A stretch of DNA of 64,000 bases from positions 1-64,000 of the IMG/VR virus record IMGVR_UViG_3300001460_000016; one strand, written 5' to 3'. The notes beneath the pieces were generated by a model. The model worked only from the letters and a program-made list of their open reading frames with translations. It was not told the origin of the DNA and searched no databases. Positions 60,868-64,000 of the stretch are shown here, in pieces. Positions within the stretch are counted from its first letter, which is position 1. Each line of letters opens with the position of its first letter. The translations under genes were made by a program, and so were the position numbers. This stretch comes from a virus.

Positions 60868-62661
60868 CTACAAGTCTTGCCCGTAATTGTTCGGTACGTC
60901 TATAGAACCCTGTGTTCCCTGAGAACTATAACTGGATCCGGCCACGGGAGGTGAGGTTAATATGTATGGACCTAATATAAAGTCCTGCAATCTAATTGCA
61001 CCCCATGTCACACCATTACCATATGTTGACCTAACTCCTCCATGCCATGTGTTTGGATGTGGGTGAACAATCCACCAATCTATGTTGTTGGATGGCCATC
61101 CCGGCATGGTAGATCCGGTATACTCTCCGTCATCGAATTGACCAAAAAATTCTTGCGTAGCACCAATTCCACCAAACCTGCGAAAGTTTTGACTACTCCA
61201 CCCAGAAGAAATTCCAGCACCCAAATCAGAGGCCGCGGTTCTTGTGTTTCCTTGTATATCATATGAATTTGCCGTGTCATAACCATATGGAAAATAATCA
61301 ATAAGAAAACCATCTAGAATTGCACTACCCGCTAGATTATCTACAACCACTCCTCGCAAATCAAAATTCGAAGGCAACACACCAGTTGATGCTAATGATG
61401 ATGTACATGTGACTCCATTTGAATTATTACCTGCAAGAGCGATAGTATATGGAAAATAATTTGCAAATTGAGGCATCTCATCACGCAGTAGTCCAAACCC
61501 ACCAACATCTGCTGTTGCACTTTCCTTTCGGTATACAAAATAATCACCCAGTACAAGTTTACCACTTGGGTGTGCAAATTCTTTTAAGGTGTCTTTGTAT
61601 TCACTTAAATTTGCTTCTGTTCTTACCACATATGAATGAATCTGATATCGATAGTTATCTTGTAACTTTTCGGTAGAAGAAACCTTACCATCATTGTTGG
61701 TCCAGTATCCCGGTCTAGTTACTTTTGAATTTTTAATTACTGACAACCCACTTACACCTGTACCAGTTTTTGAATCTACTGTTACTGTGTATGCTACAGG
61801 AATTTCAACATAATTTAAACCGGGATCATCAATCCGAATGGATCTAATTGTTCCGGTTTTTGTTACTGACTCTACAGAAGCTTTGGCTCCTTTTCCAGAT
61901 AATCCAGAAGACGTTTTAATAATCACAAGATCATCAGGTTGGTAATTTAATCCGCCGTTAGAGAATGTTATTCCAGATATCATACTCAATAGAGCAGAAG
62001 AAAATTGAATTGGTTGATCAGGTCTAGAAACAACTTTTCCGGGATATGGTGTTGTTCCAATCACCGAGGTCAGTTCCAATTCTAGAATCGGAGTACCATC
62101 TTTCTTAAACTGATTTAAATCTACAATAGTAGCAGAACCTTGCTCGACTGAATTTGAATCAACAAACAGAACTCTCGTATTTCTAAGTGTTCTACTTCTT
62201 TCAGGATCTCCATCAATACATCTTACGATAGTTGGTTGAATCCATCGACCACCGGAAGCATTAAGTATATCAGTTGAAGGAATGTAAACTTCAGAATATA
62301 CATCAAACAAAGCTCTCAGTAAAAACCTAATGGATGATTCTGTACCCTTTGCTAGATAAAAAGATCGAACTCGTTTTAAGACCGATCTCATATCCAGAGT
62401 ATCTCCCTTTACGGAAGTGTAATTGTCTGGAAAACCTTTGAATACTTCACTCTTGAAATACTTCACGAAGTCATCAGTAGTCTGATCGATGTCAACCGTA
62501 CCAAGTAAACTCATTGGTGCGAAGTAAGAATTGTCCTGTGATTCTAACCACTTATAATATTCTTCGACAAACGTAACAAACAGAGGGTGGTCCTGAACAA
62601 CAAAGTCAGGAAGATTCTCTGAGACTACATCTGAAATTTTATTTCGTGGGTATCTTGGCAT
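60868..62661 (-). CDS. 7: Baseplate wedge subunit, gp7-like
   Basis: IS..V...LPDFV..DHP.FV.FV..YY.WLE, FY.AKGT..S..FL, LQD...YQ.HSYV and HP.G; lies between gp6 and gp8. Confidence 0.75.
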   Translation of the reverse strand: MPRYPRNKISDVVSENLPDFVVQDHPLFVTFVEEYYKWLESQDNSYFAPMSLLGTVDIDQTTDDFVKYFKSEVFKGFPDNYTSVKGDTLDMRSVLKRVRSFYLAKGTESSIRFLLRALFDVYSEVYIPSTDILNASGGRWIQPTIVRCIDGDPERSRTLRNTRVLFVDSNSVEQGSATIVDLNQFKKDGTPILELELTSVIGTTPYPGKVVSRPDQPIQFSSALLSMISGITFSNGGLNYQPDDLVIIKTSSGLSGKGAKASVESVTKTGTIRSIRIDDPGLNYVEIPVAYTVTVDSKTGTGVSGLSVIKNSKVTRPGYWTNNDGKVSSTEKLQDNYRYQIHSYVVRTEANLSEYKDTLKEFAHPSGKLVLGDYFVYRKESATADVGGFGLLRDEMPQFANYFPYTIALAGNNSNGVTCTSSLASTGVLPSNFDLRGVVVDNLAGSAILDGFLIDYFPYGYDTANSYDIQGNTRTAASDLGAGISSGWSSQNFRRFGGIGATQEFFGQFDDGEYTGSTMPGWPSNNIDWWIVHPHPNTWHGGVRSTYGNGVTWGAIRLQDFILGPYILTSPPVAGSSYSSQGTQGSIDVPNNYGQDL

Positions 62662-62669
62662 TTATTTTC

Positions 62670-64000
62670 TCAGGCAGGAGTATCGTTTGATAGACCCATG
62701 TTTATGGTAACTGAAGTTGTATCCGTTTCGTCAATAACAAGAATTTGATTTCTATTTACTTCTACATCGTTGTTTGTCGATGAAGCGTATACTCGAATAA
62801 AAGAATCGTTTGGAATACTCTGTACGTTTAGTTGTTTAATATCTATTTTACCAGTTGTATAATTTATAGTGCCGATATTAGTATCAGAAATTATTCTCTT
62901 ACCGGAAACGTCCAGTGTGTAAAGTTGAAGCGTACCCTTTGTATCATCTTGAATGTATGTGTTAACACCATTCACAACAAAGGCATTACTTTCAATACTA
63001 GATTTTCCTGTTACTTGTAAAACACCACCGGGAAATGTCACTGTATAATCTTTCGGCGTGCCGAAGAAATCTGTAGGATCAATTCTTTTTTCTATATCAA
63101 TTGTTAAATTGACAGAAACTATAGACGGATTGACGGCAATAATATTTTTAATTATAGTAGAACCTCGGAAATTTTCACCAAAGTCTTCTAACTGATTATC
63201 TGTATAGTCTTGTACTGATTGTCTGACTAATGATTTCACGGCAAGTGAAGAAAGTTCTGTGTATGCGTTATTGATTAACACATCAATAGTAGGCCTTACA
63301 TAACTATAATCGGCATCAACAAACTCAGGAATAATTCCCACGATGTTTTTTGTTTTAATGATGTTTGTGATAATATCATTCTTTTCCACATCAGAAAGTC
63401 CCACAGAGTTCTTGGTATTACCTACAACGAAAACTTTTCCATACTGTGGTGGGTCTGCATCTTCACCACCGTAAACTAAAACTGACTTTAACTGTTGAAA
63501 TCGTTTTAATATTTCAGTTCTATAATCTTCGGAGGTTACCAATCTATTCTGTGATTGAAAAGATCTCGGACCAATCTTCTTGGAGAAAGAAGACTGTTCT
63601 CTTTCACCACCACCTGTAGCTACATTTGACACTATCACTTCGAATGTTCCATTGTCACCACTGTGGGAGAACACTCTTGATCCTACCGCATCTCCGCCGC
63701 CGATACCGTTTGCGCTTTGACCTTTTGATCTAAGGTATTGAATAGAAATGATGTTTCCATCATCCGGCCTCTTTCCAATTACATTATCACCAAATTCTAT
63801 TTCGTAATATCGGTTCAATCCGATTTGAAGGAAATATGTTTCTGTGGTGTCACTGACATTTAAGATAGTGTCAGACTTAAACCACTCGTTGCTTGTTGTA
63901 CTGTCTTCTGTTTGAGAATCCTTAACAAACACTTTGAGGAATCGATTGTCAACACTCAATTCTGGAATCACATATCCACTCTCGTTTAATGAATCATAAA
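62670..64000 (-). CDS. 6: Baseplate wedge subunit gp6 (5'-partial)
   Basis: YEI.FGD...G, SQNR.VT..DY, GGED..PP.YGKV and GTINY.TG. The frame stays open to the window edge (YDSLNESGYVIPE). Confidence 0.92.
   Translation of the reverse strand, partial: YDSLNESGYVIPELSVDNRFLKVFVKDSQTEDSTTSNEWFKSDTILNVSDTTETYFLQIGLNRYYEIEFGDNVIGKRPDDGNIISIQYLRSKGQSANGIGGGDAVGSRVFSHSGDNGTFEVIVSNVATGGGEREQSSFSKKIGPRSFQSQNRLVTSEDYRTEILKRFQQLKSVLVYGGEDADPPQYGKVFVVGNTKNSVGLSDVEKNDIITNIIKTKNIVGIIPEFVDADYSYVRPTIDVLINNAYTELSSLAVKSLVRQSVQDYTDNQLEDFGENFRGSTIIKNIIAVNPSIVSVNLTIDIEKRIDPTDFFGTPKDYTVTFPGGVLQVTGKSSIESNAFVVNGVNTYIQDDTKGTLQLYTLDVSGKRIISDTNIGTINYTTGKIDIKQLNVQSIPNDSFIRVYASSTNNDVEVNRNQILVIDETDTTSVTINMGLSNDTPA

Overview
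A 64-kb segment of a T4-like myovirus genome with marine or aquatic T4-like gene order. The host cannot be determined from this window. Every supported gene is on the minus strand. In transcription order (right to left) it carries: baseplate gp6 (partial), gp7-like, gp8 and a 2535-aa VrlC-like protein; a fibre-like protein and a PAAR protein; neck, tail, terminase and portal gp13-gp20; a three-gene insert including a Cys-rich protein; head genes gp21-gp23, then gp3, uvsY and uvsW; gp55, gp47, denV-like, gp46, RNase H, gp45, gp44, GroES, a DUF4338-like gene, gp62 and regA; a gap-free 13.5-kb glycan biosynthesis and glycosyltransferase operon; and an adaptor-like gene plus two collagen-like fibre genes, the last running off the window. 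T4-type late promoters, two sigma70-type promoters and a C(UUCG)G terminator are visible. The best candidate for an undescribed system is a late-expressed virion-protein O-glycosylation system. The glycan operon lies downstream of a late promoter and ends in a TPR-GT2 enzyme next to (G-X-T)n collagen fibres, and many virion proteins appear rich in G-x-T/S motifs. Several late promoters sit in hairpins that would hide the ribosome-binding site on read-through RNA. No tRNA, CRISPR array, intron or intein was seen. All functional calls come from motif recognition and synteny, not database searches.
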